From Bacteroidota bacterium (lineage in GTDB: Bacteria > Bacteroidota > Bacteroidia > AKYH767-A > OLB10), in contig JAHEKC010000005.1 in the NCBI GenBank assembly GCA_024638565.1, forward strand, positions 519-64,518: 64,000 nt of DNA, written 5' to 3'. Positions 1 to 9,651 of this stretch are shown one piece after another (within the stretch, counting starts at the first letter, position 1; each line of letters starts with the position of its first letter). The notes below the pieces were generated by a model. It worked only from the letters and a program-made list of their open reading frames with translations. It did no database searches and had not been told where the DNA came from. The translations under genes were made by a program, and so were the position numbers.

Positions 1-2078
1 AGCTGGAAAACCCCAAGAGCAGCCTGGCATCCGAAGTCTACTCTTCCGATGGCGTCGTCCTGGGCAAGTATTACCGCCAGAACAGGTCCAATGTCCAGTT
101 TGCCCAACTGGCACCCAACCTGGTGGAGGCCCTGAAAGCCACGGAGGATATTCGTTTCGATTCGCACTCGGGGGTGGATATCAAGGGTCTCCTGCGGGTG
201 CTGATCAAAACGGTGATTGCCAGGCAGGATGCAGGTGGCGGCAGTACGCTCACCCAACAGCTGGCCAAGAACCTGTTCCCTCGAGAGAACATGACCACGT
301 TCAAGCTGGTCATGCGCAAATTCAAAGAGTGGATCATCGCCGCAAGGCTCGAGAAGAGCTATACCAAGGAGGAGATCATGGCCATGTACCTGAATACGGT
401 GGAATTCGGACACAATGCCTTCGGTATCAAGTCGGCAGCCCGTACTTTCTTCAACCGTGAACCTGGCGAGCTGAGAGTGGAGGAGTCCGCCGTGCTGGTG
501 GGCCTGCTGAAAGCCCCCACGCGGTACAGCCCCATATTGAACCCGGAAAACTCCCTGCCCCGCAGGAATACCGTCCTGGCCCAGATGGAGAAATACGGAT
601 TTCTGGAAAATGATATGTATGATTCGCTCCGTGCGATGCCCCTGTCCCTTAATTACCGGCCCGACGATCACAACACCGGAATGGCGACCTATTTCCGGGA
701 ATCGCTGCGGCTGGAGCTGGCCCGCTGGTGCAAGGACCACCGGAAGGCGGACGGCACCGCTTACAACCTTTACAGGGACGGCCTTAAGATTTACACCACC
801 ATCGATTCAAGGATGCAGCGACATGCCGAAGCGGCCGTTGCGGAGCACCTGCGTGATTTGCAAAAGACCTTTTACCAGCACTGGAAGGACAGGGATCCCT
901 TCTGGGAGGTGCCACAGGTCATCATACAGGGCATGAAGCAGTCCTATCGCTACGCCGGGCTAAAGTCCGAAGGGCTGTCAGAGGATTCCATCAAGCAGAA
1001 TTTCAACAAGAAGATCCCCATGAAAGTATTTTCATGGGATGGGGATATCGATACGCTGATGAGTCCCCTGGACTCGATCCGATACTACAAGCTGATCCTG
1101 CGAACAGGCTTCATGTCTATGGAGCCTCAAAGCGGTTACATCCGCGCATGGGTGGGCGGAAACAACTACTGGCATTTCAAGTATGACCACGTGAAGGAAA
1201 GTCGCCGGCAGGTGGGATCCACGTTTAAGCCGTTCCTGTACACCCTTGCAGTCCAGGAAGGATATTCACCCTGTTACAAGGTACCCAATGCCCCGGTGAC
1301 GATCATTACCGAGGCCGGGCAATCCTGGACACCCAAGAATTCGGACAACAAGTACGGTGGCATGTATTCACTCAAGCGGGCCCTTGCGGAATCTATAAAC
1401 TGCATCTCTGCTTACCTGATGAAACAGTTCGGTCCGTATGCCGTGGTGGATATGGCCCACAAGCTGGGCATTCAAACCAAACTGGAACCGGTGCCTGCCA
1501 TCAGCCTGGGCTCGGCGGACCTTTCGGTTTATGAAATGGTAGGCGCGTATAGTACCTTTGCCAACAAGGGCGTATGGACCGAACCCATCTACCTGACGCG
1601 TATCGAGGATAATAACGGAATTGTATTGCAGGAGTTCATCCCCAAGAAGGTGGAGGCGATCAGCGAGGAGACGGCTTATGTGATGCTTAACCTTATGCAG
1701 GGTGTGGTCCGGTACGGGACCGGCGTCCGGCTGAGGTACAAGTACAAATTCGAAAACCCCATAGCGGGGAAGACGGGAACCACGCAAAACCAGAGTGACG
1801 GCTGGTTCGTGGGCATCACCCCCGACCTGGTTTCAGGCTGTTGGGTGGGCTGCGAGGACCGGTCCGTGCATTTCAGGACTGTCAACCTGGGCCAGGGCGC
1901 CAACATGGCATTGCCTATATGGGCGTATTACATGAAGAGGGTCTATGATGATGCGTCGCTCAATGTCTCCACTGATGAATTCGAGGAGCCTGATGGACGG
2001 CTTTCCATCGAGCTGGACTGCTCCAAATATGAAAAACAATCCAAATCCGTAACCAATGAATCCTTTTTCGGATTCTAA
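1..2078 (+). CDS. mrcA: Class A penicillin-binding protein 1A (transglycosylase/transpeptidase), 5'-truncated by the window edge
   Basis: Frame open from position 3 ([17 protein letters not shown]). GT51 motifs [21 protein letters not shown] and RKFKE; transpeptidase motifs STFK, SIN and KTGT. Confidence 0.93.
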   Translation, partial: LENPKSSLASEVYSSDGVVLGKYYRQNRSNVQFAQLAPNLVEALKATEDIRFDSHSGVDIKGLLRVLIKTVIARQDAGGGSTLTQQLAKNLFPRENMTTFKLVMRKFKEWIIAARLEKSYTKEEIMAMYLNTVEFGHNAFGIKSAARTFFNREPGELRVEESAVLVGLLKAPTRYSPILNPENSLPRRNTVLAQMEKYGFLENDMYDSLRAMPLSLNYRPDDHNTGMATYFRESLRLELARWCKDHRKADGTAYNLYRDGLKIYTTIDSRMQRHAEAAVAEHLRDLQKTFYQHWKDRDPFWEVPQVIIQGMKQSYRYAGLKSEGLSEDSIKQNFNKKIPMKVFSWDGDIDTLMSPLDSIRYYKLILRTGFMSMEPQSGYIRAWVGGNNYWHFKYDHVKESRRQVGSTFKPFLYTLAVQEGYSPCYKVPNAPVTIITEAGQSWTPKNSDNKYGGMYSLKRALAESINCISAYLMKQFGPYAVVDMAHKLGIQTKLEPVPAISLGSADLSVYEMVGAYSTFANKGVWTEPIYLTRIEDNNGIVLQEFIPKKVEAISEETAYVMLNLMQGVVRYGTGVRLRYKYKFENPIAGKTGTTQNQSDGWFVGITPDLVSGCWVGCEDRSVHFRTVNLGQGANMALPIWAYYMKRVYDDASLNVSTDEFEEPDGRLSIELDCSKYEKQSKSVTNESFFGF

Positions 2079-2089
2079 CCGAAGCTGAT

Positions 2090-2803
2090 ATGAATAAAGT
2101 CGTAAAGAATGCCGAGGAGGCCATCCGCGATATCGCGGATAACATGACTATTGCCCTGGGCGGCTTTGGCCTGTGCGGGATCCCGGAAAAGTGCATCGAG
2201 GCGCTGGTGAAGAAGGACGTAAAGGGGTTGACCTGCATCAGCAACAATGCCGGGGTGGATGATTTCGGGCTGGGAATGCTGCTGCAGAAGAAGCAGATCA
2301 GAAAAATGGTCTCCTCCTACGTGGGGGAGAATGCGGAGTTCGAACGGCAAATGCTCAGCGGAGAGCTGGAAGTGGACCTCATCCCGCAGGGCACGCTGGC
2401 CACGCGCCTGCTGGCAGGTGGCTACGGCATGCCGGCCATCTATACACCCGCAGGCGTGGGTACCGAGATCGCGGAGGGTAAGGAAGTACGTAAATTCAAA
2501 TTCAATGGCATGGAAAAGGAATACCTGCTCGAGCATGCATTTGAGCCGGCATTCTCCATCGTTAAAGCCTGGAAAGGGGATTCGGCCGGCAACCTGGTGT
2601 ACCGTTTGACAGCACGAAACTTCAGTCCGCTGATCGCCATGGCGGGCAAGGTCACCATTGCGGAAGTGGAGGAACTGGTACCCGACGGGGAGCTCGATCC
2701 GGACCAGATTCACACACCGGGTATATTCGTTCACCGCATCTTTGAGGGCAAGGACTATGAAAAGAGAATCGAACAAAGAACCGTATCACCAAAGAACGCA
2801 TAA
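2090..2803 (+). CDS. scoA: 3-oxoacid CoA-transferase subunit A
   Basis: [23 protein letters not shown] and IHTPGIFV motifs; subunit B follows directly. Confidence 0.93.
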   Translation: MNKVVKNAEEAIRDIADNMTIALGGFGLCGIPEKCIEALVKKDVKGLTCISNNAGVDDFGLGMLLQKKQIRKMVSSYVGENAEFERQMLSGELEVDLIPQGTLATRLLAGGYGMPAIYTPAGVGTEIAEGKEVRKFKFNGMEKEYLLEHAFEPAFSIVKAWKGDSAGNLVYRLTARNFSPLIAMAGKVTIAEVEELVPDGELDPDQIHTPGIFVHRIFEGKDYEKRIEQRTVSPKNA

Positions 2804-2806
2804 GCT

Positions 2807-3463
2807 ATGCTGGATAAACACGGAATCGCACGACGTATTGCCAGGGAGATAAAGGACGGCATGTACGTAAACCTGGGCATCGGAATACCCACGCTGGTGG
2901 CCAACTACATACCCGATGGCATTGACGTGGTACTGCAGTCGGAAAACGGGATCCTGGGCATGGGCCCGTTTCCGGTGGAAGGCACGGAAGACGCTGACCT
3001 GATCAATGCGGGCAAGCAAACCGTAACGCTGTTGCCGGGCTCTTCCATCTTCGATTCGGCGATGAGTTTTGGAATGATACGGGCGCAAAAGGTGGACCTG
3101 ACGATCCTGGGCGCCATGGAGGTGAGTGAAAACGGCGACATCGCCAACTGGAAGATTCCCGGCAAGATGGTAAAGGGCATGGGAGGAGCCATGGACCTGG
3201 TGGCATGTGCCAGAAATATCATCGTGGCCATGCAGCATGTAAACAAGCGCGGTGAATCGAAGCTGCTCACTGAATGCACCCTTCCGCTCACCGGTGTCCG
3301 GTGCATAAAGAAGATCGTTACGGAGATGGCCGTACTGGAGGTCCTTCCGGAAGGATCCTTTTTCCTGGCGGAACGCGCCCCTGGTGTTTCGGTTGACCAG
3401 ATCAGGGAGGCGACTGCCGGAAAGCTGAAGGTGCCGGATGAAGTACCTGAAATGACGGTCTGA
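2807..3463 (+). CDS. scoB: 3-oxoacid CoA-transferase subunit B
   Basis: VNLGIGIPT, QSENG (catalytic Glu) and GMGGAMDL. Confidence 0.93.
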   Translation: MLDKHGIARRIAREIKDGMYVNLGIGIPTLVANYIPDGIDVVLQSENGILGMGPFPVEGTEDADLINAGKQTVTLLPGSSIFDSAMSFGMIRAQKVDLTILGAMEVSENGDIANWKIPGKMVKGMGGAMDLVACARNIIVAMQHVNKRGESKLLTECTLPLTGVRCIKKIVTEMAVLEVLPEGSFFLAERAPGVSVDQIREATAGKLKVPDEVPEMTV

Positions 3464-3486
3464 CGGGCGGCGGCCGCCCGGAGCTT

Positions 3487-4773
3487 ATGAAATCATACGT
3501 ATTTAAATTCGGTGGCGCCTCGGTGCGCGACGCTTCCGCGGTTAGAAACGTGGCGGAAATCCTGCGTGATCCGCCCGGTCCGCGGGGAGTGGTGGTCTTT
3601 TCCGCCATGGATAAGACTACAAACGCGCTTGAAAAGGTGGTGGAAGGGGTGTTTTATCAAGACAAGAACCCGGAAGGCCTGCTGAGCAATATCCACCAGT
3701 TTCACCGGCATGTGGTCAGTGAACTTTTCCCTGATGGCAGGGAGGCGTTGTTGAAGAAGCTGCACGGATATTTTGATGCGGCAGCCGCGATCCTGCGGGA
3801 AGAAAGGAGCAAGGGCTTCGACTTTTTTTACGACCAGGTGGTTTCCATTGGCGAAGTGCTCTCGACACTTATCATCAGTGAATTCCTGCGGGAAGCGGGA
3901 ATTCCCAACCAGTGGATGGATGCACGTGAGCTGATCGTTACGGATACGACGTTCCGCGAGGCAAAGGTAGACTGGGATCGAACCGGTGAAAGGGTGAAAG
4001 CCGCCATGACGTTCGACCGGGCACCCATGGTGGTCACCCAGGGTTTTATCGGCGGAACGGAAGATGGACTGACCACCACGCTGGGAAGGGAAGGGTCCGA
4101 TTACTCCGCCGCCATCTTTGCCTACTGCCTTGATGCGGAAAAGGTGTGGATCTGGAAGGATGTCCAGGGAGTGCTGAATGCAGATCCTAAATACTTCAGC
4201 GATGTACAGAAGCTGGAGGTGATCAGCTACCTGGATGCTGTCGAGCTCGCGTATTTCGGGGCTTCCGTCATCCACCCGAAGACCATCAAGCCACTGGAGA
4301 ATAAGAATATCACCCTGCATGTAAAATCGTTCGTGAATCCCGGCGGCGCCGGAACCACCATAGAGAAGGATACCCTTACCAAGCCCCTGGTGCCCTCGTT
4401 CATCTTCAAGAGCAACCAGGTGCTGATCAGCATATCAGCGGCTGACTTCTCATTTATCGCCGAGGATAACCTCAGTACCATCTTCGGTGTTTTTGCCAGG
4501 CATAAGACCAAGATCAACCTCATGCAGAATTCGGCGGTGAGCTTTTCTGTTTGTGTCGACCACGTACCCGAAAAGCTGCCCGTGCTGATCAGCGAGCTGG
4601 GAAAGGATTTCCGTGTCCTTTATAATGCCGGCCTGCAATTGTATACCATCAGGCATTATTATCCCTCGACCATCGAAACCCTTTCCCGCGGAAAGGAGAT
4701 CCTTCTTGAACAGCGAAGCCGCTCCACGGCGCAGCTTGTGATGCGTGATTTGGAGAATCCCCATGATGCATGA
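3487..4773 (+). CDS. lysC: Monofunctional aspartate kinase
   Basis: KFGGASV, TQGFIG, TTTLGREGSDYSA, DPK and VIHPKT; C-terminal ACT-like region. Confidence 0.92.
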   Translation: MKSYVFKFGGASVRDASAVRNVAEILRDPPGPRGVVVFSAMDKTTNALEKVVEGVFYQDKNPEGLLSNIHQFHRHVVSELFPDGREALLKKLHGYFDAAAAILREERSKGFDFFYDQVVSIGEVLSTLIISEFLREAGIPNQWMDARELIVTDTTFREAKVDWDRTGERVKAAMTFDRAPMVVTQGFIGGTEDGLTTTLGREGSDYSAAIFAYCLDAEKVWIWKDVQGVLNADPKYFSDVQKLEVISYLDAVELAYFGASVIHPKTIKPLENKNITLHVKSFVNPGGAGTTIEKDTLTKPLVPSFIFKSNQVLISISAADFSFIAEDNLSTIFGVFARHKTKINLMQNSAVSFSVCVDHVPEKLPVLISELGKDFRVLYNAGLQLYTIRHYYPSTIETLSRGKEILLEQRSRSTAQLVMRDLENPHDA

Positions 4774-5839
4774 GCAGGCTTCCCGGTCGATAAACCCGCC
4801 ATTTCACCGTGCGGTATTTGCCTGGCTGCTTACCGGGTGCGCGCTGATCCTCCTTATGGTCGTGGTGGGTGGCATCACCCGGCTGACGGGCAGCGGGCTC
4901 TCCATCACCGAGTGGAAGCTCATTCACGGGACCTTGCCACCCATGTCTCCCGGGGAATGGAATGAAGAATTTGAGAATTACAAACAGATCCCGCAATTCA
5001 GGCACCTGAATTATCACTTTTCGCTGGACGCATTCAAGCAGATCTACTGGTGGGAATACATTCACAGGCTGCTGGGACGGGTTATCGGCATGGTGTTCCT
5101 GGTGCCGTTTACCTGGTTTTGGCTGAAGGGCATGCTGGACAGGTCCATGATCAGAAAGCTACTGGTGCTTTTCGCACTGGGAGGATTCCAGGGATTCCTG
5201 GGATGGTACATGGTCAAGAGCGGGCTGACGGCGAACCTGTACGTAAGCCATTACCGCCTTGCGATCCACCTGGTAACGGCTTTCATCACCTTCGGGTATG
5301 CATGGTTGCTGGCCATGCGTATGCTGGCACCCCGCCGCCTGGCTTCATCACCAGGTGGCTGGCGAACCTACGGGTATGTATTCCTGCTGCTGGTGATGGG
5401 GCAGCTGGTCTACGGTGCGTTCGTGGCGGGACTGAAGGCTGGTTACGTGTACAACACCTTCCCCCTGATGGGAGATGCCATGGTGCCTGATGCCCTGGGC
5501 GCTGCATTTGATCGAACAGGGATACGGGCGATGGCAGACGACATTGCCGTGGTGCAGTTTATCCACCGGTCACTTGCATGGATCCTGCTTTTCACCGCAG
5601 TTGCATTCTTCCTGAAGGTTCGCGGGTCACTGCAGGCCGTCACCCCGTTCCTCAGGTGGGGTGCCATTGGGCTGCTGGCTTCGGTAGCACTCCAGTTCAC
5701 ACTGGGCGTGCTGACCATTTTATACCGGGTACCGCTCGTGCTCGGGGTGGCGCACCAGGTGGGCGCATTCCTGCTGTTCGGTTTCGTTTTGTTGCTGATT
5801 TTCGGAACGTACCGGCATTCAGCCACTGGAGATGGGTGA
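4763..5839 (+). CDS. ctaA: COX15/CtaA heme A synthase
   Basis: VGGITRLTGSGLSITEW, WEYIHRLLGR, GWYMVKSGL, RLAIHL, QFIHR and HQ motifs; multiple TM segments. Start placed at ATG 4763 or 4766. Confidence 0.93.
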   Translation: MMHEQASRSINPPFHRAVFAWLLTGCALILLMVVVGGITRLTGSGLSITEWKLIHGTLPPMSPGEWNEEFENYKQIPQFRHLNYHFSLDAFKQIYWWEYIHRLLGRVIGMVFLVPFTWFWLKGMLDRSMIRKLLVLFALGGFQGFLGWYMVKSGLTANLYVSHYRLAIHLVTAFITFGYAWLLAMRMLAPRRLASSPGGWRTYGYVFLLLVMGQLVYGAFVAGLKAGYVYNTFPLMGDAMVPDALGAAFDRTGIRAMADDIAVVQFIHRSLAWILLFTAVAFFLKVRGSLQAVTPFLRWGAIGLLASVALQFTLGVLTILYRVPLVLGVAHQVGAFLLFGFVLLLIFGTYRHSATGDG

Positions 5840-5951
5840 GCATGCGTGATGCGTCATTGCAGGAGGTCCCGACGGACATTTGGCGGTTTGGGCGTCGAAG
5901 AAATTTCACCCGGCGTAACTAAAAGTCTTTGGAGGGTTTTCATAGCAAGAG

Positions 5952-6004
5952 ATTGACGCGCTCGTTCCTCCCCGACACATGTCGGAGAGGAACGAGCGCG
6001 CAAT
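5952..6004. terminator. Long GC-rich hairpin between convergent ctaA and pyk (bidirectional terminator or REP-like element)
   Basis: Perfect 14-bp stem CGCGCTCGTTCCTC (5957-5970) / GAGGAACGAGCGCG (5987-6000) plus inner CCGAC/GTCGG; no U-tract. Confidence 0.5.
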
Positions 6005-6092
6005 GATGCCAATCGACTGCCTGCTTCTGCTGTCTGCTGCCGTTTGTAAATGATATTCGAAATGATGCCGCGCCTACCCTGACACTGAAAGG

Positions 6093-7514
6093 TCAGTCTA
6101 TCAAACTCAGCTTAATCGTATTCGCAGTGCCTCTTTCATTAAGCGGCATGCTGGCCACGTTGATCACGAAATCTCCTTTTTTGATCAGCCGGCGTTCAGA
6201 TAGAAAAGTCTTGATGTCGTGGATGGACCGGTCCGTGCTCTGGTACTTGTTGTAGTAGAAGCACCGTACCCCCCAGACCAGGCTGAGCATATTCTGCAAC
6301 GGTTTGTAGTCGGTAAAAATGAAAATATCTGCTTTGGGTCGCTGGCTGGAGATCCGGAATGCCGTGTAGCCCGAATGCGTCATGGCGATGATGGCCCGCG
6401 ATCCGGACTGCTCTGCCATCAGGCAGGCGTTGTAGCATATGGAGTCCGACATGAATGACGGGGAGTCAGTTATCGGCGGAAAGTAGCGGTTGTAAATGGA
6501 GGACTCTTCCTCACAGATCCGGATGATCTTCTTCATTTCCTCCACCACCTGGACAGGAAACTGCCCCACGGAGGTTTCCCCGCTAAGCATCAGCGCATCG
6601 GCCCCGTCAAAGACGGCATTAGCCACGTCATTGCTTTCCGCCCTGGTGGGGCGATAGTGGTGGGTCATGCTCTCCATCATCTGTGTGGCGATGATAATGG
6701 GCTTGCAGGCCTGGTTGCATTTCTTCACCAGCATCTTTTGGATTACCGGGACCTTCTCCATCTCTATTTCAACACCCAGGTCACCACGCGCCACCATAAT
6801 TCCATCCGCTGCCGCGATGATGTTGTCGATATCCCGCAATGCCTCCGGCTTCTCGATTTTCCCGATCACACGGGCAATGCCTTTCTTTTTTTCGATCCGT
6901 CTTCTGAGGGTCACGAGATCGGAAGCCTTCCGGACAAAGGAAAGGCCTATCCATTCGACCTGGTGCCTGATGGCAAAATCCAGGTCGGCCCGGTCCTTGG
7001 CCGTAAGCGAGGGCATGGATATCTTGGTGAATGGCAGGTTTACGCCCTTGTTGGAAACCAGCAGACCGCCATGGACGACACGAGCCGTGACTTCACGTGA
7101 TGCCTTGCGCAGCACCACCAGTTCGATCTTTCCGTCATCGATCAGCAGGGTGTCACCGGCATCCACATCCTTGTACAGCGAGGGGTAGTTGATATAGATT
7201 CGCCCGGGATCCGATAGGCATTTGCGGTGGGTCAGCGTCACCTCCTGTCCGTCATCAAGCTCGAAGCCCCCGTCACGTGCCTCGCCAATCCTGATCTTCG
7301 GGCCCTGCAGGTCGTACAGGATCGCCACGCGGGAATCCAGTTCCCGGTTGATGCGGCGGATGGCCTGGATGATGCGCTTCTGCGTTTGATGGTCGCCGTG
7401 CGAAGCGTTTATGCGGCAGACATTCATGCCCGCATGCACCATCTCCCGGAGCACGGGGTATGACGCGGTGGAGGGTCCTGCGGTGGCGATGATCTTCGTC
7501 CTGACGATTTTCAT
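6093..7514 (-). CDS. pyk: Pyruvate kinase
   Basis: RTKIIATAGP, RINASHG, DLQGPKIR, KIEKPEA, MVARGDLGVE, ATQMMESM and MLSGETS. Confidence 0.97.
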   Translation of the reverse strand: MKIVRTKIIATAGPSTASYPVLREMVHAGMNVCRINASHGDHQTQKRIIQAIRRINRELDSRVAILYDLQGPKIRIGEARDGGFELDDGQEVTLTHRKCLSDPGRIYINYPSLYKDVDAGDTLLIDDGKIELVVLRKASREVTARVVHGGLLVSNKGVNLPFTKISMPSLTAKDRADLDFAIRHQVEWIGLSFVRKASDLVTLRRRIEKKKGIARVIGKIEKPEALRDIDNIIAAADGIMVARGDLGVEIEMEKVPVIQKMLVKKCNQACKPIIIATQMMESMTHHYRPTRAESNDVANAVFDGADALMLSGETSVGQFPVQVVEEMKKIIRICEEESSIYNRYFPPITDSPSFMSDSICYNACLMAEQSGSRAIIAMTHSGYTAFRISSQRPKADIFIFTDYKPLQNMLSLVWGVRCFYYNKYQSTDRSIHDIKTFLSERRLIKKGDFVINVASMPLNERGTANTIKLSLID

Positions 7515-7521
7515 GAGGTGG

Positions 7522-7944
7522 TTATTCGAATAACAGGAAGTTCTCCGCAGATTTCAGGCGGGAAGGTTCCAACTCGTACGCCCCTTCAAGCCACGGCTGG
7601 GACCGGAGTTTTTTAAAAAGTGCTTTTGCCTGCCGGTGATTCGCATTGCGGATCACCAGGAAGTAGTTGATGTTTTTCTTTTCAGGCACGAAATGTCCTT
7701 TCGTTCCCTTGTTGGCGACCACGTCGATTTCCTCACCGCCAGGCCCGATGGTCGTATAATGTACATGCAATGACCTGTTGCGGTCGCGATCGGCAATCTC
7801 CAGGTCGGGCCGCCGCTTGAGATCCAGTCCCATGTTGTGATTCAGCTCAAAGCACATCTTGTAGTTCCGCAGGCTGCACACCACCGCCACGAGGTGGAAG
7901 TCGAAGTCGAGATCCAGGGTGAGGCGGGTGACTTTACGCGGCAT
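7522..7944 (-). CDS. IPExxxVDY family protein
   Basis: Variant motif FVPEKKNINYFL; about 140 aa; next to pyk, as is typical in Bacteroidota. Confidence 0.75.
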   Translation of the reverse strand: MPRKVTRLTLDLDFDFHLVAVVCSLRNYKMCFELNHNMGLDLKRRPDLEIADRDRNRSLHVHYTTIGPGGEEIDVVANKGTKGHFVPEKKNINYFLVIRNANHRQAKALFKKLRSQPWLEGAYELEPSRLKSAENFLLFE

Positions 7945-7981
7945 GGGCTACAGAGAAGGACAATGGCAAATATGATAAATT

Positions 7982-8014
7982 AAAAAAGGGGAGTCATTGC
8001 TGAATCCCCCTTTA
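7982..8014 (-). terminator. Rho-independent terminator of the outer-membrane protein gene
   Basis: On the minus strand: GGGGATTCA-GCAA-TGACTCCCC followed by a T6 tract. Confidence 0.75.
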
Positions 8015-8031
8015 TGCAAGCAGTGATTAAT

Positions 8032-8607
8032 TTATCTTTCTCCAAAGACATAAGCTAACCGTGTACCGATGTAAGCCGTCGTGGAGCCTTCCGTGGCAAC
8101 CATCTGGTAGCGTACGGAGATATCGATGTTGGCCAGGTGGTAGCCAATGCTGGGCGCATAGCTCAGCTCAGTGCTGGAAACCGTTTCACCCTCGACCACC
8201 ACACCCAAAATTTCGAAATCAGGTGTCTTGACACTGATGTTGTGCACCCCCACCTCGAGATCGAAATAAAATCCTTCCTGGACTTCGTTGAGGTAATACT
8301 TAATACCGACCTGTACAGGAATCATATTCTGGCTTGAACCTTCAATCGTGCCGCCCAGCCCGGTGTCGAAGTCCTTGCCGCTGAAGGTCAGGTATCCGGC
8401 AGTGCCGTAAAGGGCAATGTTATCCGTGAGGGGATACTCAAAGCGTACCGAACCACCTATCCCGATCCCGTTTACATCAGAGAAATCACCCATCGGGAGA
8501 CCAACCTCTGCACCAACCGAGAACCTGGGACTTTGTGCGTAGGAACTCATCGACAAAAGCATGGCTGTCGCCGAGAGCATGAGAATTCTTGAAAATGTGT
8601 TTTTCAT
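8032..8607 (-). CDS. Small outer-membrane beta-barrel protein
   Basis: Signal peptide (SYA|Q), alternating amphipathic strands, C-terminal RLAYVF; TATATTTG box at 8651-8658 on the minus strand. Confidence 0.8.
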   Translation of the reverse strand: MKNTFSRILMLSATAMLLSMSSYAQSPRFSVGAEVGLPMGDFSDVNGIGIGGSVRFEYPLTDNIALYGTAGYLTFSGKDFDTGLGGTIEGSSQNMIPVQVGIKYYLNEVQEGFYFDLEVGVHNISVKTPDFEILGVVVEGETVSSTELSYAPSIGYHLANIDISVRYQMVATEGSTTAYIGTRLAYVFGER

Positions 8608-8753
8608 TTTTTTTAAAGTTTAAGTTTTGTTTTCCGGTTTTATTTGGATGCAAATATAAACGAATCCTCCAGTTCCAACTTTGCCATAGTGGCTATAAGC
8701 GCCTGATTTTTAACATAAAAATGTTGATTTATTAATCGGGGAGCCGCCCTGGA

Positions 8754-9638
8754 TCAGCTGCCGGCAGGATGCCAGATGGTTTTGATCTCCTGCAACTGCA
8801 TCACCAGTCGTGGGTGCTCGCCATGGATTATATCGTCCTCACCGAGCCTGTGCAGCCGCTTAACATTGCCGGCCGAAGCCCTGCCCAGGGCCTGCCATTC
8901 CTTCATGCCACCGGAAGCGGTTACCATGGCATTGATGTCCATATGACTGGCCATATAGGATGCCAGCTCATCGTAATTGCCTGTTAATAAGTTAATTGCA
9001 CCTGAGGGCACGTCGGAGGTCAGAACCACATCCGCCAACTCGATAGCCAGGGCACCCCATGATTCACCGGCAAGCAGCACGCAGCAATTCCCGCCGGCCA
9101 GCGCCGGTGCCAGCATCGAAACCGGTCCCAGCAACCCGTGGGTGGACGGGGCGGTCATGGCCACTACACCGGTCGGCTCAGGGTAGGAAAAGTTGAAATA
9201 GTTGCCGCTGACAGGGTTGACGGAACTGAATACCTGTATGTATTTGTCACACCACCCCGCGAAATAGACCAACCGGTCGACAGCTTTGGTAAACTCCGTT
9301 TTAGCTGTGGCGGATGAATGCCCGTATTGCCTGAGCAGGCCCGTGAACAGTTCACCGCGCGATTCCAGGTTTTCAGCCATGCGGTACAGGATTTGTGCCC
9401 TGTTATATGATGTGAGTCCCTGCCAGGCAGGCCATGCTTTGCGCGCTGCCTGTACCGCATTGCGCAGGTCCTTTCTCGAGGCCCGGCAGATGTTTCCTGC
9501 ATGACGTCCCCGGGGATCAATTAACCGGAGGTACCGACCCGATTCGCTGCGTACAAGCGCACCGCCGATCAGCAGTTTGTAGGTCTTGGCGACCCGTACC
9601 CGCAGATCGTTTTTTCCTTTTGTTTTTGATTCCCGCAT
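8754..9638 (-). CDS. Non-catalytic aldehyde dehydrogenase-like protein (resembles the ALDH16 C-terminal module)
   Basis: KTYKLLIGG, RKDLRNAVQAAR, NRAQILYRMAENLESR and KTIWHP; lacks ELGGK and the catalytic Cys domain. Start placed at ATG 9638. Confidence 0.8.
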   Translation of the reverse strand: MRESKTKGKNDLRVRVAKTYKLLIGGALVRSESGRYLRLIDPRGRHAGNICRASRKDLRNAVQAARKAWPAWQGLTSYNRAQILYRMAENLESRGELFTGLLRQYGHSSATAKTEFTKAVDRLVYFAGWCDKYIQVFSSVNPVSGNYFNFSYPEPTGVVAMTAPSTHGLLGPVSMLAPALAGGNCCVLLAGESWGALAIELADVVLTSDVPSGAINLLTGNYDELASYMASHMDINAMVTASGGMKEWQALGRASAGNVKRLHRLGEDDIIHGEHPRLVMQLQEIKTIWHPAGS

Positions 9639-9651
9639 TGTACCGGCCTGG

